In this document: positions 39,801 to 53,039 of the stretch, piece after piece | Numbering within the stretch: position 1 is the first letter of the stretch | Layout of the letters: each line of letters begins with the position of its first letter | NCBI GenBank assembly: GCA_964016885.1 | Contig: OZ024742.1 | Coordinates: 375,782,001 to 375,846,000, forward strand | Length of the DNA stretch: 64,000 nucleotides | Direction: 5' to 3' | Source of the DNA: Eledone cirrhosa | Taxonomy: Eukaryota | Made by a program: the position numbers and the translations under genes | Notes under the pieces: model-generated | Databases searched by the model: none | Seen by the model: only the letters and a program-made list of their open reading frames with translations | Told to the model about the DNA's origin: nothing

Positions 39801-40965
39801 GACACTCACTAGAGAGCAGGGAGGTATGGAAGGTCTCCTGTCTATCTAGAAACTCACTAGAGAGCAGGGAGGTATGGAAGGTCTCCTGTCTATCTAGACA
39901 ATCACTAGAGAGCAGGGAGGTATGGAAGGTCTCCTGTCTATCTAGACACTCAGTAGAGAGCAGGGTGGTATGGAAGGTCTCCTGTCTATCTAAACACTCA
40001 CTAGAGAGCAGGGAGGTATGGAAGGTCTCCTGTCCATCTAGACACTCAGTAGAAAGCAGGGAGGTATGGAAGGTCTCCTGTCTATCTAGACACTCAGTAG
40101 AGAGCAGGGAGGTATGGAAGGTCTCCAGTCTATCTAGAAACTCACTAGAGAGCAGGGAGGTATGAAAGGTGTCCTGTCTATCTAGACACTCAGGAGAGAG
40201 TAGGGAGGTATGGAAGGTCTCCTGTCTATCTAGACACTCAGTAGAGAGCAGGGAGGTATGGAAGGTCTCCTGTCTATCTAGACACTCACTAGAGAGCAGG
40301 GAGGTATGGAAGTTCTCCAGTCTATCTAGAAACTCACTAGAGAGCAGGGAGGTATGGAAGTTCTCCTGTCTATCTAGACACTCAGTAGAGAGCAGGGAGG
40401 TATGGAAGGTCTCCTGTCTATCTAGACACTCACTAGAGAGCAGGGAGGTATGGAAGGTCTCCTGTCTATCTAGACACTCAGTAGAGAGCAGGGAGGTATG
40501 GAAGGTCTCCTGTCTATCTAGACACTCACTAGAGAGCAGGGTGGTATGGAAGGTCTCCTGTCTATCTAGACACTCAGTAGAGAGCAGGGAGGTATGAAAG
40601 GTCTCCTGTCTATCTAGACACTCACTAGAGAGCAGGGAGGTATGGAAGGTCTCCTGTCTATCTAGACACTCAGTAGAGAGCAGGGAGGTATGGAAGGTCT
40701 CCTGTCTATCTAGACACTCACTAGAGAGCAGGGTGGTATGGAAGGTCTCCTGTCTATCTAGACACTCAGTAGAGAGCAGGGAGATATGGAAGGTCTCCTG
40801 TCTATCTAGACACTCACTAGAGAGCAGGGTGGTATGGAAGGTCTCCTGTCTATCTAGACACTCAGTAGAGAGCAGAGAGGTATGGAAGGTCTCCTGTCTA
40901 TCAACACACCCAGTAGAGAGGAGGGAGGTATGTAAGGTCTCCAGTCTATCTAGACACTCAGTAGA
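27270..40965 (+). repeat. Indel-free domain with a 60-monomer (2880 bp) higher-order unit and 13- and 18-monomer sub-duplications
   Basis: The landmark run GAAGATCT / CATTAG / GATACT precedes ORF starts at 28349, 31757, 34637, 35261, 36125 and 39005. The spacings 3408, 2880, 624, 864 and 2880 are all exact multiples of 48. Starts 29465 and 30329 also differ by 864. Confidence 0.9.
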
Positions 40966-43900
40966 GAGTAGGGAGGTCTCTTGTCTATCTAGACACTCAC
41001 TAGAGAGCAGGGAGGTATGGAAGGTCTCCTGTCTATCTAAACACTCACTAGAGAGCAGGGAGGTATGGAAGGTCTCCTGTCTATCTAGACACTCAGTAGA
41101 GAGCAGGGAGGTATGGAAGGTCTCCTGTCTATCTAGACACTCACTAGAGAGTAGGGAGGTATGGAAGTTCTCCTGTCTATCTAGACACTCACTAGAGAGC
41201 AGGGAAGTATGGAAGGTCTCCTGTCTATCTAGACACTCAGTAGAGAGCAGGGAGGTATGGAAGGTCTCCAGTCTATCTAGACACTCAGTAGAGAGCAGAG
41301 AGGTATGGAAGGTCTCCTGTCTATCTAGACACTCAGTAGAGAGCAGGGTGGTATGGAAGGTCTCCTGTCTATCTAGACACTCACTAGAGAGCAGGGAGGT
41401 ATGGAAGGACTCCTGTCTATCTAGACACTCACTAGAGAGCAGGGAGGTATGGAAGGTCTCCTGTCTATCTAGACACTCACTAGAGAGCAGGGAGGTATGG
41501 AAGGTCTCCTGTCTATCTAGAGACTCACTAGAGAGCAGGGAGGTATGGAAGGTCTCCAGTCTATCTAGACACTCAGTAGAGAGCAGAGAGGTATGGAAGG
41601 TCTCCTGTCTATCTAGACACTCAGTAGAGAGCAGGGTGGTATGGAAGGTCTCCTGTCTATCTAGACACTCACTAGAGAGCAGGGAGGTATGGAAGGTCTC
41701 CTGTCCATCTAGACCCTCACTAGAGAGCAGGGAGGTATGGAAGGTCTCCTGTCTATCTAGACACTCAGTAGAGAGCAGGGAGGTATGGAAGGTCTCCTGT
41801 CTATCTAGACACTCAGTAGAGAGCAGGGAGGTATGGAAGGTCTCCTGTCTATCTAGACACTCAGTAGACAGCAGGGTGGTATGGAAGGTCTCCTGTCTAT
41901 CTAGACACTCACTAGAGAGCAGGGTGGTATGGAAGGTCTCCTGTCTATCTAGAGACTCACTAGAGAGCAGGGAGGTATGGAAGGTCTCCTGTCTATCTAG
42001 ACACTCACTAGAGGGCAGGTTGGTATGGAAGGTCTCCTATCTATCTAGACACTCACTAGAGAGCAGGGAGGTATGGAAGGTCTCCTGTCTATCTAGAAAC
42101 TCACTAGAGAGCAGGGAGGTATGGAAGGTCTCCTGTCTATCTAGAAACTCACTAGAGTGCAGGGAGGTATGGAAGTTCTCCTGTCTATCTAGACACTCAG
42201 TAGAGAGCAGGGTGGTATGGAAGGTCTCCTGTCTATCTAGACACTCACTAGAGAGCAGGGAGGTATGGAAGGTCTCCTGTCTATCTAGACACTCAGTAGA
42301 GAGCAGGGTGGTATGGAAGGTCTCCTGTCTATCTAGACACTCACTAGAGAGCAGGGAGGTATGGAAGGTCTCCTGTCCATCTAGACACTCAGTAGAAAGC
42401 AGGGAGGTATGGAAGGTCTCCTGTCTATCTAGACACTCACTAGAGAGCAGGGAGGTATGGAAGGTCTCCAGTCTATCTAGACACTCACTAGAGAGCAGGG
42501 AGGTATGAAAGGTGTCCTGTCTATCTAGACACTCAGGAGAGAGTAGGGAGGTATGGAAGGTCTCCTGTCTATCTAGACACTCAGTAGAGAGCAGGGAGGT
42601 ATGGAAGGTCTCCTGTCTATCTAGACACTCACTAGAGAGCAGGGAGGTATGGAAGTTCTCCAGTCTATCTAGAAACTCACTAGAGAGCAGGGAGGTATGG
42701 AAGTTCTCCTGTCTATCTAGACACTCAGTAGAGAGCAGGGAGGTATGGAAGGTCTCCTGTCTATCTAGACACTCACTAGAGAGCAGGGAGGTATGGAAGG
42801 TCTCCTGTCTATCTAGACACTCAGTAGAGAGCAGGGAGGTATGGAAGGTCTCCTGTCTATCTAGACACTCACTAGAGAGCAGGGTGGTATGGAAGGTCTC
42901 CTGTCTATCTAGACACTCAGTAGAGAGCAGGGAGGTATGAAAGGTCTCCTGTCTATCTAGACACTCACTAGAGAGCAGGGAGGTATGGAAGGTCTCCTGT
43001 CTATCTAGACACTCAGTAGAGAGCAGGGAGGTATGGAAGGTCTCCTGTCTATCTAGACACTCACTAGAGAGCAGGGTGGTATGGAAGGTCTCCTGTCTAT
43101 CTAGACACTCAGTAGAGAGCAGGGAGGTATGGAAGGTCTCCTGTCTATCTAGACACTCAGTAGAGAGCAGAGAGGTATGGAAGGTCTCCTGTCTATCAAC
43201 ACACCCAGTAGAGAGGAGGGAGGTATGTAAGGTCTCCAGTCTATCTAGACACTCAGTAGAGAGTAGGGAGGTCTCTTGTCTATCTAGACACTCACTAGAG
43301 AGCAGGGAGGTATGGAAGGTCTCCTGTCTATCTAAACACTCACTAGAGAGCAGGGAGGTATGGAAGGTCTCCTGTCTATCTAGACACTCAGTAGAGAGTA
43401 GGGAGGTCTCTTGTCTATCTAGACACTCACTAGAGAGCAGGGAGGTATGGAAGGTCTCCTGTCTATCTAAACACTCACTAGAGAGCTGGGAGGTATGGAA
43501 GGTCTCCTGTCTATCTAGACACTCAGTAGAGAGCAGGGAGGTATGGAAGGTCTCCTGTCTATCTAGACACTCACTAGAGAGTAGGGAGGTATGGAAGTTC
43601 TCCTGTCTATCTAGACACTCACTAGAGAGCAGGGAAGTATGGAAACTCCTGTCTATCTAGACACTCAGTAGAGAGCAGGGAGGTATGGAAGGTCTCCTGT
43701 CTATTTAGACACTCAGTAGAGAGCAGGGAGGTATGAAAGGTCTCCTGTCTATCTAGACAGTCAGTAGTGAGGAGGGAGGTATGGAAGGTCTCCTGTCTAT
43801 CTAGACACTCACTAGAGAGCAGGGAGGTATGGAAGGTCTCCTGTCTATCTAGACACTCACTAGAGAGCAGGGAGGTATGGAAGGTCTCCTGTCTATCTAG

Positions 43901-46900
43901 ACACTCACTAGAGAGCAGGGAGGTATGGAAGGTCTCCTGTCTATCTAGACACTCACTAGAGAGTAGGGAGGTATGGATGGTCTCCTGTCTATCTAGACAC
44001 TCACTAGAGAGCAGGGAGGTATGGAAGGTCTCCTGTCTATCTAAACACTCACTAGAGAGCAGGGAGGTATGGAAGGTCTCCTGTCTATCTAGACACTCAC
44101 TAGAGAGCAGGGAGGTATGGAAGGTCTCCTGTCTGTCTAGACACTCACTAGAGAGCAGGGAGGTATGGATGGTCTCCTGTCTATCTAGACACTCACTAGA
44201 GAGCAGGGAGGTATGGAAGGTCTCCTGTCTATCTAGACACTCACTAGAGAGCAGGGAGGTATGGAAGGTCTCCTGTCTGTCTAGACACTCACTAGAGAGC
44301 AGGGAGGTATGGAAGGTCTCCTGTCTATCTAGACACTCACTAGAGAGCAGGGAGGTATGGAAGGTCTCCTGTCTATCTAGACACTCAGTAGAGAGCAGGG
44401 AGGTATGGAAGGTCTCCTGTCTATCTAGACACTCAGTAGAGAGCAGGGAGGTATGGAAGGTCTCCTGTCTATCTAGACACTCAGTAGACAGCAGGGTGGT
44501 ATGGAAGGTCTCCTGTCTATCTAGACACTCACTAGAGAGCAGGGTGGTATGGAAGGTCTCCTGTCTATCTAGAGACTGACTAGAGAGCAGGGAGGTATGG
44601 AAGGTCTCCTGTCTATCTAGACACTCACTAGAGGGCAGGTTGGTATGGAAGGTCTCCTGTCTATCTAGACACTCAGTAGAGAGCAGGGAGGTATGGAAGG
44701 TCTCCTGTCTATCTAGACACTCACTAGAGAGCAGGGAGGTATGGAAGTTCTCCAGTCTATCTAGAAACTTACTAGAGAGCAGGGAGGTATGGAAGTTCTC
44801 CTGTCTATCTAGACACTCAGTAGAGAGCAGGGAGGTATGGAAGGTCTCCTGTCTATCTAGACACTCAGTAGAGAGCAGGGAGGTATGGAAGGTCTCCAGT
44901 CTATCCAGAAACTCACTAGAGAGCAGGGAGGTATGGAAGGTCTCCTGTCTATCTAGACACTCAGTAGAGAGCAGGGAGGTATGGAAGGTCTCCTGTCTAT
45001 CTAGACACTCACTAGAGAGCAGGGAGGTATGGAAGTTCTCCAGTCTATCTAGAAACTTACTAGAGAGCAGGGAGGTATGGAAGTTCTCCTGTCTATCTAG
45101 ACACTCAGTAGAGAGCAGGGAGGTATGGAAGGTCTCCTGTCTATCTAGACACTCACTAGAGAGCAGGGAGGTATGGAAGGTCTCCTGTCTATCTAGACAC
45201 TCAGTAGAGAGCAGGGAGGTATGGAAGGTCTCCTGTCTATCTAGACACTCACTAGAGAGCAGGGTGGTATGGAAGGTCTCCTGTCTATCTAGACACTCAG
45301 TAGAGAGCAGGGAGGTATGAAAGGTCTCCTGTCTATCTAGACACTCACTAGAGAGCAGGGAGGTATGGAAGGTCTCCTGTCTATCTAGACACTCAGTAGA
45401 GAGCAGGGAGGTATGGAAGGTCTCCTGTCTATCTAGACACTCACTAGAGAGCAGGGTGGTATGGAAGGTCTCCTGTCTATCTAGACACTCAGTAGAGAGC
45501 AGGGAGGTATGGAACGTCTCCTGTCTATCTAGACACTCACTAGAGAGCAGGGTGGTATGGAAGGTCTCCTGTCTATCTAGACACTCAGTAGAGAGCAGAG
45601 AGGTATGGAAGGTCTCCTGTCTATCAACACACCCAGTAGAGAGGAGGGAGGTATGTAAGGTCTCCAGTCTATCTAGACACTCAGTAGAGAGTAGGGAGGT
45701 CTCTTGTCTATCTAGACACTCACTAGAGAGCAGGGAGGTATGGAAGGTCTCCTGTCTATCTAAACACTCACTAGAGAGCAGGGAGGTATGGAAGGTCTCC
45801 TGTCTATCTAGACACTCAGTAGAGAGCAGGGAAGTATGGAAGGTCTCCTGTCTATCTAGACACTCAGTAGAGAGCAGGGAGGTATGGAAGGTCTCCTGTC
45901 TATCTAGACACTCAGTAGAGAGCAGGGAGGTATGGAAGGTCTCCTGTCTATCTAGACACTCACTAGAGAGCAGGGAAGTATGGAAGGTCTCCTGTCTATC
46001 TAGACACTCAGTAGAGAGCAGGGAGGTATGGAAGGTCTCCTGTCTATTTAGACACTCAGTAGAGAGCAGGGAGGTATGAAAGGTCTCCTGTCTATCTAGA
46101 CAGTCAGTAGTGAGGAGGGAGGTATGGAAGGTCTCCTGTCTATCTAGACACTCACTAGAGAGCAGGGAGGTATGGAAGGTCTCCTGTCTATCTAGACACT
46201 CACTAGAGAGTAGGGAGGTATGGATGGTCTCCTGTCTATCTAGACACTCACTAGAGAGCAGGGAGGCATGGAAGGTCTCCTGTCTATCTAAACACTCACT
46301 AGAGAGCAGGGAGGTATGGAAGGTCTCCTGTCTATCTAGACACTCACTAGAGAGCAGGGAGGTATGGAAGGTCTCCTGTCTGTCTAGACACTCACTAGAG
46401 AGCAGGGAGGTATGGAAGGTCTCCTGTCTATCTAGACACTCACTAGAGAGCAGGGAGGTATGGATGGTCTCCTGTCTATCTAGACACTCACTAGAGAGCA
46501 GGGAGGTATGGAAGGTCTCCTGTCTATCTAGACACTCACTAGAGAGCAGGGAGGTATGGATGGTCTCCTGTCTATCTAGACACTCACTAGAGAGCAGGGA
46601 GGTATGGAAGGTCTCCTGTCTATCTAGACACTCACTAGAGAGCAGGGAGGTATGGAAGGTCTCCTGTCTGTCTAGACACTCACTAGAGAGCAGGGAGGTA
46701 TGGAAGGTCTCCTGTCTATCTAGACACTCACTAGAGAGCAGGGAGGTATGGAAGGTCTCCTGTCTATCTAGACACTCACTAGAGAGCAGGGAGGTATGGA
46801 TGGTCTCCTGTCTATCTAGACACTCACTAGAGAGCAGGGAGGTATGGAAGGTCTCCTGTCTATCTAGACACTCACTAGAGAGCAGGGAGGTATGGAAGGT

Positions 46901-49900
46901 CTCCTGTCTATCTAGACACTCAGTAGAGAGCAGGGACGTATGGAAGGTCTCCTGTCTATGTAGACACTCACTAGAGAGTAGGGAGGTATGGATGGTCTCC
47001 TGTCTATCTAGACACTCACTAGAGAGCAGGGAGGTATGGATGGTCTCCTGTCTATCTAGACACTCACTAGAGAGCAGGGAGGTATGGATGGTCTCCTGTC
47101 TATCTAGACACTCACTAGAGAGCAGGGAGGTATGGAAGGTCTCCTGTCTATCTAGACACTCAGGAGAGAGCAGGGAGGTATGTAAGGTCTCCTGTCTATC
47201 TAGAAACTCACTAGAGTGCAGGGAGGTATGGAAGTTCTCCTGTCTATCTAGACACTCAGTAGAGAGCAGGGAGGTATGGAAGGTCTCCTGTCTATCTAGA
47301 CACTCACTAGAGAGCAGGGTGGTATGGAAGGTCTCCTGTCTATCTAGACACTCAGTAGAGAGCAGGGAGGTATGGAAGGTCTCCTGTCTATCTAGAGACT
47401 CACTAGAGAGCAGGGAGGTATGGAAGGTCTCCTGTCTATCTAGACACTCAGTAGAGAGCAGGAAGTTCTCCTGTCTATCTAGACACTCAGTAGAGAGCAG
47501 AGAGGTATGGAAGGTCTCCTGTCTATCAACACACCCAGTACAGAGGAGGGAGGTATGTAAGGTCTCCAGTCTATCTAGACACTCAGTAGAGAGTAGGGAG
47601 GTCTCTTGTCTATCTAGACACTCACTAGAGAGCAGGGAGGTATGGAAGGTCTCCTGTCTATCTAGACACTCACTAGAGAGCAGGGAGGTATGGAAGGTCT
47701 CCTGTCTATCTAGACACTCACTAGAGAGCAGGGAGGTATGGAAGGTCTCCTGTCTATCTAGACACTCAGTAGAGAGCAGGGTGGTATGGAAGGTCTCCTG
47801 TCTATCTAGACACTCACTAGAGAGCAGGGAGGTATGGAAGGTCTCCTGTCCATCTAGACACTCAGTAGAAAGCAGGGAGGTATGGAAGGTCTCCTGTCTA
47901 TCTAGACACTCAGTAGAGAGCAGGGAGGTATGGAAGGTCTCCAGTCTATCCAGAAACTCACTAGAGAGCAGGGAGGTATGGAAGGTCTCCTGTCTATCTA
48001 GACACTCAGTAGAGAGCAGGGAGGTATGGAAGGTCTCCTGTCTATCTAGACACTCACTAGAGAGCAGGGAGGTATGGAAGTTCTCCAGTCTATCTAGAAA
48101 CTTACTAGAGAGCAGGGAGGTATGGAAGTTCTCCTGTCTATCTAGACACTCAGTAGAGAGCAGGGAGGTATGGAAGGTCTCCTGTCTATCTAGACACTCA
48201 CTAGAGAGCAGGGAGGTATGGAAGGTCTCCTGTCTATCTAGACACTCAGTAGAGAGCAGGGAGGTATGGAAGGTCTCCTGTCTATCTAGACACTCACTAG
48301 AGAGCAGGGTGGTATGGAAGGTCTCCTGTCTATCTAGACACTCAGTAGAGAGCAGGGAGGTATGAAAGGTCTCCTGTCTATCTAGACACTCACTAGAGAG
48401 CAGGGAGGTATGGAAGGTCTCCTGTCTATCTAGACACTCAGTAGAGAGCAGGGAGGTATGGAAGGTCTCCTGTCTATCTAGACACTCACTAGAGAGCAGG
48501 GTGGTATGGAAGGTCTCCTGTCTATCTAGACACTCAGTAGAGAGCAGGGAGGTATGGAAGGTCTCCTGTCTATCTAGACACTCACTAGAGAGCAGGGTGG
48601 TATGGAAGGTCTCCTGTCTATCTAGACACTCAGTAGAGAGCAGAGAGGTATGGAAGGTCTCCTGTCTATCAACACACCCAGTAGAGAGGAGGGAGGTATG
48701 TAAGGTCTCCAGTCTATCTAGACACTCAGTAGAGAGTAGGGAGGTCTCTTGTCTATCTAGACACTCACTAGAGAGCAGGGAGGTATGGAAGGTCTCCTGT
48801 CTATCTAAACACTCACTAGAGAGCAGGGAGGTATGGAAGGTCTCCTGTCTATCTAGACACTCAGTAGAGAGCAGGGAGGTATGGAAGGTCTCCTGTCTAT
48901 CTAGACACTCACTAGAGAGTAGGGAGGTATGGAAGTTCTCCTGTCTATCTAGACACTCACTAGAGAGCAGGGAAGTATGGAAGGTCTCCTGTCTATCTAG
49001 ACACTCAGTAGAGAGCAGGGAGGTATGGAAGGTCTCCTGTCTATTTAGACACTCAGTAGAGAGCAGGGAGGTATGAAAGGTCTCCTGTCTATCTAGACAG
49101 TCAGTAGTGAGGAGGGAGGTATGGAAGGTCTCCTGTCTATCTAGACACTCACTAGAGAGCAGGGAGGTATGGAAGGTCTCCTGTCTATCTAGACACTCAC
49201 TAGAGAGTAGGGAGGTATGGATGGTCTCCTGTCTATCTAGACACTCACTAGAGAGCAGGGAGGCATGGAAGGTCTCCTGTCTATCTAAACACTCACTAGA
49301 GAGCAGGGAGGTATGGAAGGTCTCCTGTCTATCTAGACACTCACTAGAGAGCAGGGAGGTATGGAAGGTCTCCTGTCTGTCTAGACACTCACTAGAGAGC
49401 AGGGAGGTATGGAAGGTCTCCTGTCTATCTAGACACTCACTAGAGAGCAGGGAGGTATGGATGGTCTCCTGTCTATCTAGACACTCACTAGAGAGCAGGG
49501 AGGTATGGAAGGTCTCCTGTCTATCTAGACACTCACTAGAGAGCAGGGAGGTATGGATGGTCTCCTGTCTATCTAGACACTCACTAGAGAGCAGGGAGGT
49601 ATGGAAGGTCTCCTGTCTATCTAGACACTCACTAGAGAGCAGGGAGGTATGGAAGGTCTCCTGTCTGTCTAGACACTCACTAGAGAGCAGGGAGGTATGG
49701 AAGGTCTCCTGTCTATCTAGACACTCACTAGAGAGCAGGGAGGTATGGAAGGTCTCCTGTCTATCTAGACACTCACTAGAGAGCAGGGAGGTATGGATGG
49801 TCTCCTGTCTATCTAGACACTCACTAGAGAGCAGGGAGGTATGAAAGGTCTCCTGTCTATCTAGACACTCACTAGAGAGCAGGGAGGTATGGAAGGTCTC

Positions 49901-51100
49901 CTGTCTGTCTAGACACTCACTAGAGAGCAGGGAGGTATGGAAGGTCTCCTGTCTATCTAGACACTCACTAGAGAGCAGGGAGGTATGGAAGGTCTCCTGT
50001 CTATCTAGACACTCAGTAGAGAGCAGGGACGTATGGAAGGTCTCCTGTCTATGTAGACACTCACTAGAGAGTAGGGAGGTATGGATGGTCTCCTGTCTAT
50101 CTAGACACTCACTAGAGAGCAGGGAGGTATGGATGGTCTCCTGTCTATCTAGACACTCACTAGAGAGCAGGGAGGTATGGAAGGTCTCCTGTCTATCTAG
50201 ACACTCACTAGAGAGCAGGGAGGTATGTAAGGTCTCCTGTCTATCTAGAAACTCACTAGAGTGCAGGGAGGTATGGAAGTTCTCCTGTCTATCTAGACAC
50301 TCAGTAGAGAGCAGGGAGGTATGGAAGGTCTCCTGTCTATCTAGACACTCACTAGAGAGCAGGGTGGTATGGAAGGTCTCCTGTCTATCTAGACACTCAG
50401 TAGAGAGCAGGGAGGTATGGAAGGTCTCCTGTCTATCTAGAGACTCACTAGAGAGCAGGGAGGTATGGAAGGTCTCCTGTCTATCTAGACACTCAGTAGA
50501 GAGCAGGAAGTTCTCCTGTCTATCTAGACACTCAGTAGAGAGCAGAGAGGTATGGAAGGTCTCCTGTCTATCAACACACCCAGTAGAGAGGAGGGAGGTA
50601 TGTAAGGTCTCCAGTCTATCTAGACACTCAGTAGAGAGTAGGGAGGTCTCTTGTCTATCTAGACACTCACTAGAGAGCAGGGAGGTATGGAAGGTCTCCT
50701 GTCTATCTAGACACTCACTAGAGAGCAGGGAGGTATGGAAGGTCTCCTGTCTATCTAGACACTCACTAGAGAGCAGGGAGGTATGGAAGGTCTCCTGTCT
50801 ATTTAGACACTCAGTAGAGAGCAGGAAGGTATGGAAGGTCTCCTGTCTATCTAGACACTCACTAGAGAGGAGGGAGGTATGGAAGGTCTCCTGTCTATTT
50901 AGACACTCAGTAGAGAGCAGGGAGGTATGGAAGGTCTCCTGTCTATCTAGACACTCAGTAGAGAGGAGGGAGGTATGGAAGGTCTCCTGTCTATCTAGAC
51001 ACTCACTAGAGAGCAGGGAGGTATGGAAAGTCTCCTGTCTATCTAGACACTCAGAAGAGAGCAGGGAGGTATGGAAGGTCTCCTGTCTATCTAGACACTC
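40000..51100 (+). repeat. Higher-order region with 2343 bp and ~3.0 kb duplications
   Basis: Equivalent ORF starts are 40169/42512 and 43767/46110 (offset 2343 = 49x48-9), 45456/48501 (3045) and 46110/49107 (2997). The landmark GACAGTCAGTAGTGAGG is at ~43756, ~46099 and ~49096. Confidence 0.85.
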
Positions 51101-53039
51101 AGTAGAGAGCACGGAGGTATGAAAGGTCTCCTGTCTATCTAGACACTCAGTAGAGAGGAGGGAGGTATGGAAGGTCTCCTGTCTATTTAGACACTCAGTA
51201 GAGAGGAGGGAGGTATGGAAGGTCTCCTGTCTATCTAGAAATTCACTAGAGAGCAGGGAGGTATGGAAGGTCTCCTGTCTATCTAGACACTCACTAGAGA
51301 GTAGGGAGGTATGGATGGTCTCCTGTCTATCTAAACACTCACTAGAGAGCAGGGAAGTATGGAAGGTCTCCTGTCTATCTAGACACTCACTAGAGTGCAG
51401 GGAGGTATGGAAGGTCTCCTGTCTATCTAGACACTCACTAGAGAGCAGGGAGGTATGGAAGGTCTCCTGTCTATCTAGATATTAACAAGAGAGGAGGGAG
51501 GTATGGAAGGTCTCCTGTCTGCGTAGACACTCAGTAGAGAGGAGGGAGGTATGGAAGGTCTCCTGTCTATCTAGAAATTCACTAGAGAGCAGGGAGGTAT
51601 GGAAGGTCTCCTGTCTATCTAGATATTAACAAGAGAGGAGGGAGGTATGGAAGGTCTCCTGTCTATCTAGAAATTCACTAGAGAGCAGTGAGGTATGGAA
51701 GGTCTCCTGTCTATCTAGACACTCACTAGAGAGCAGGGAGGTATGGAAGGTCTCCTGTCTATCTAGACACTCACTAGAGAGCAGGGAGGTATGGAAGGTC
51801 TCCTGTCTATCTAGACACTCACTAGAGAGCAGGGAGGTATGGATGGTCTCCTGTCTATCTAGACACTCACTAGAGAGCAGGGAGGTATGGAAGGTCTCCT
51901 GTCTATCTAGACACTCACTAGAGAGCAGGGAGGTATGGATGGTCTCCTGTCTATCTAGACACTCACTAGAGAGCAGGGAGGTATGGAAGGTCTCCTGTCT
52001 ATCTAGACACTCACTAGAGAGCAGGGAGGTATGGAAGGTCTCCTGTCTGTCTAGACACTCACTAGAGAGCAGGGAGGTATGGAAGGTCTCCTGTCTATCT
52101 AGACACTCACTAGAGAGCAGGGAGGTATGGAAGGTCTCCTGTCTATCTAGACACTCACTAGAGAGCAGGGAGGTATGGATGGTCTCCTGTCTATCTAGAC
52201 ACTCAGTAGAGAGCAGAGAGGTATGGAAGGTCTCCTGTCTATCAACACACCCAGTAGAGAGGAGGGAGGTATGTAAGGTCTCCAGTCTATCTAGACACTC
52301 AGTAGAGAGTAGGGAGGTCTCTTGTCTATCTAGACACTCACTAGAGAGCAGGGAGGTATGGAAGGTCTCCTGTCTGTCTAGACACTCACTAGAGAGCAGG
52401 GAGGTATGGAAGGTCTCCTGTCTATCTAGACACTCACTAGAGAGCAGGGAGGTATGGAAGGTCTCCTGTCTATCTAGACACTCACTAGAGAGCAGGGAGG
52501 TATGGAAGGTCTCCTGTCTATCTAGACACTCAGTAGAGAGCAGGGAGGTATGGAAGGTCTCCTGTCTATCTAGACACTCACTAGAGAGCAGGGTGGTATG
52601 GAAGGTCTCCTGTCTATCTAGACACTCAGTAGAGAGCAGGGAGGTATGAAAGGTCTCCTGTCTATCTAGACACTCACTAGAGAGCAGGGAGGTATGGAAG
52701 GTCTCCTGTCTATCTAGACACTCAGTAGAGAGCAGGGAGGTATGGAAGGTCTCCTGTCTATCTAGACACTCACTAGAGAGCAGGGTGGTATGGAAGGTCT
52801 CCTGTCTATCTAGACACTCAGTAGAGAGCAGGGAGGTATGGAAGGTCTCCTGTCTATCTAGACACTCACTAGAGAGCAGGGTGGTATGGAAGGTCTCCTG
52901 TCTATCTAGACACTCAATAGAGAGCAGAGAGGTATGGAAGGTCTCCTGTCTATCAACACACCCAGTAGAGAGGAGGGAGGTATGTAAGGTCTCCAGTCTA
53001 TCTAGACACTCAGTAGAGAGTAGGGAGGTCTCTTGTCTA

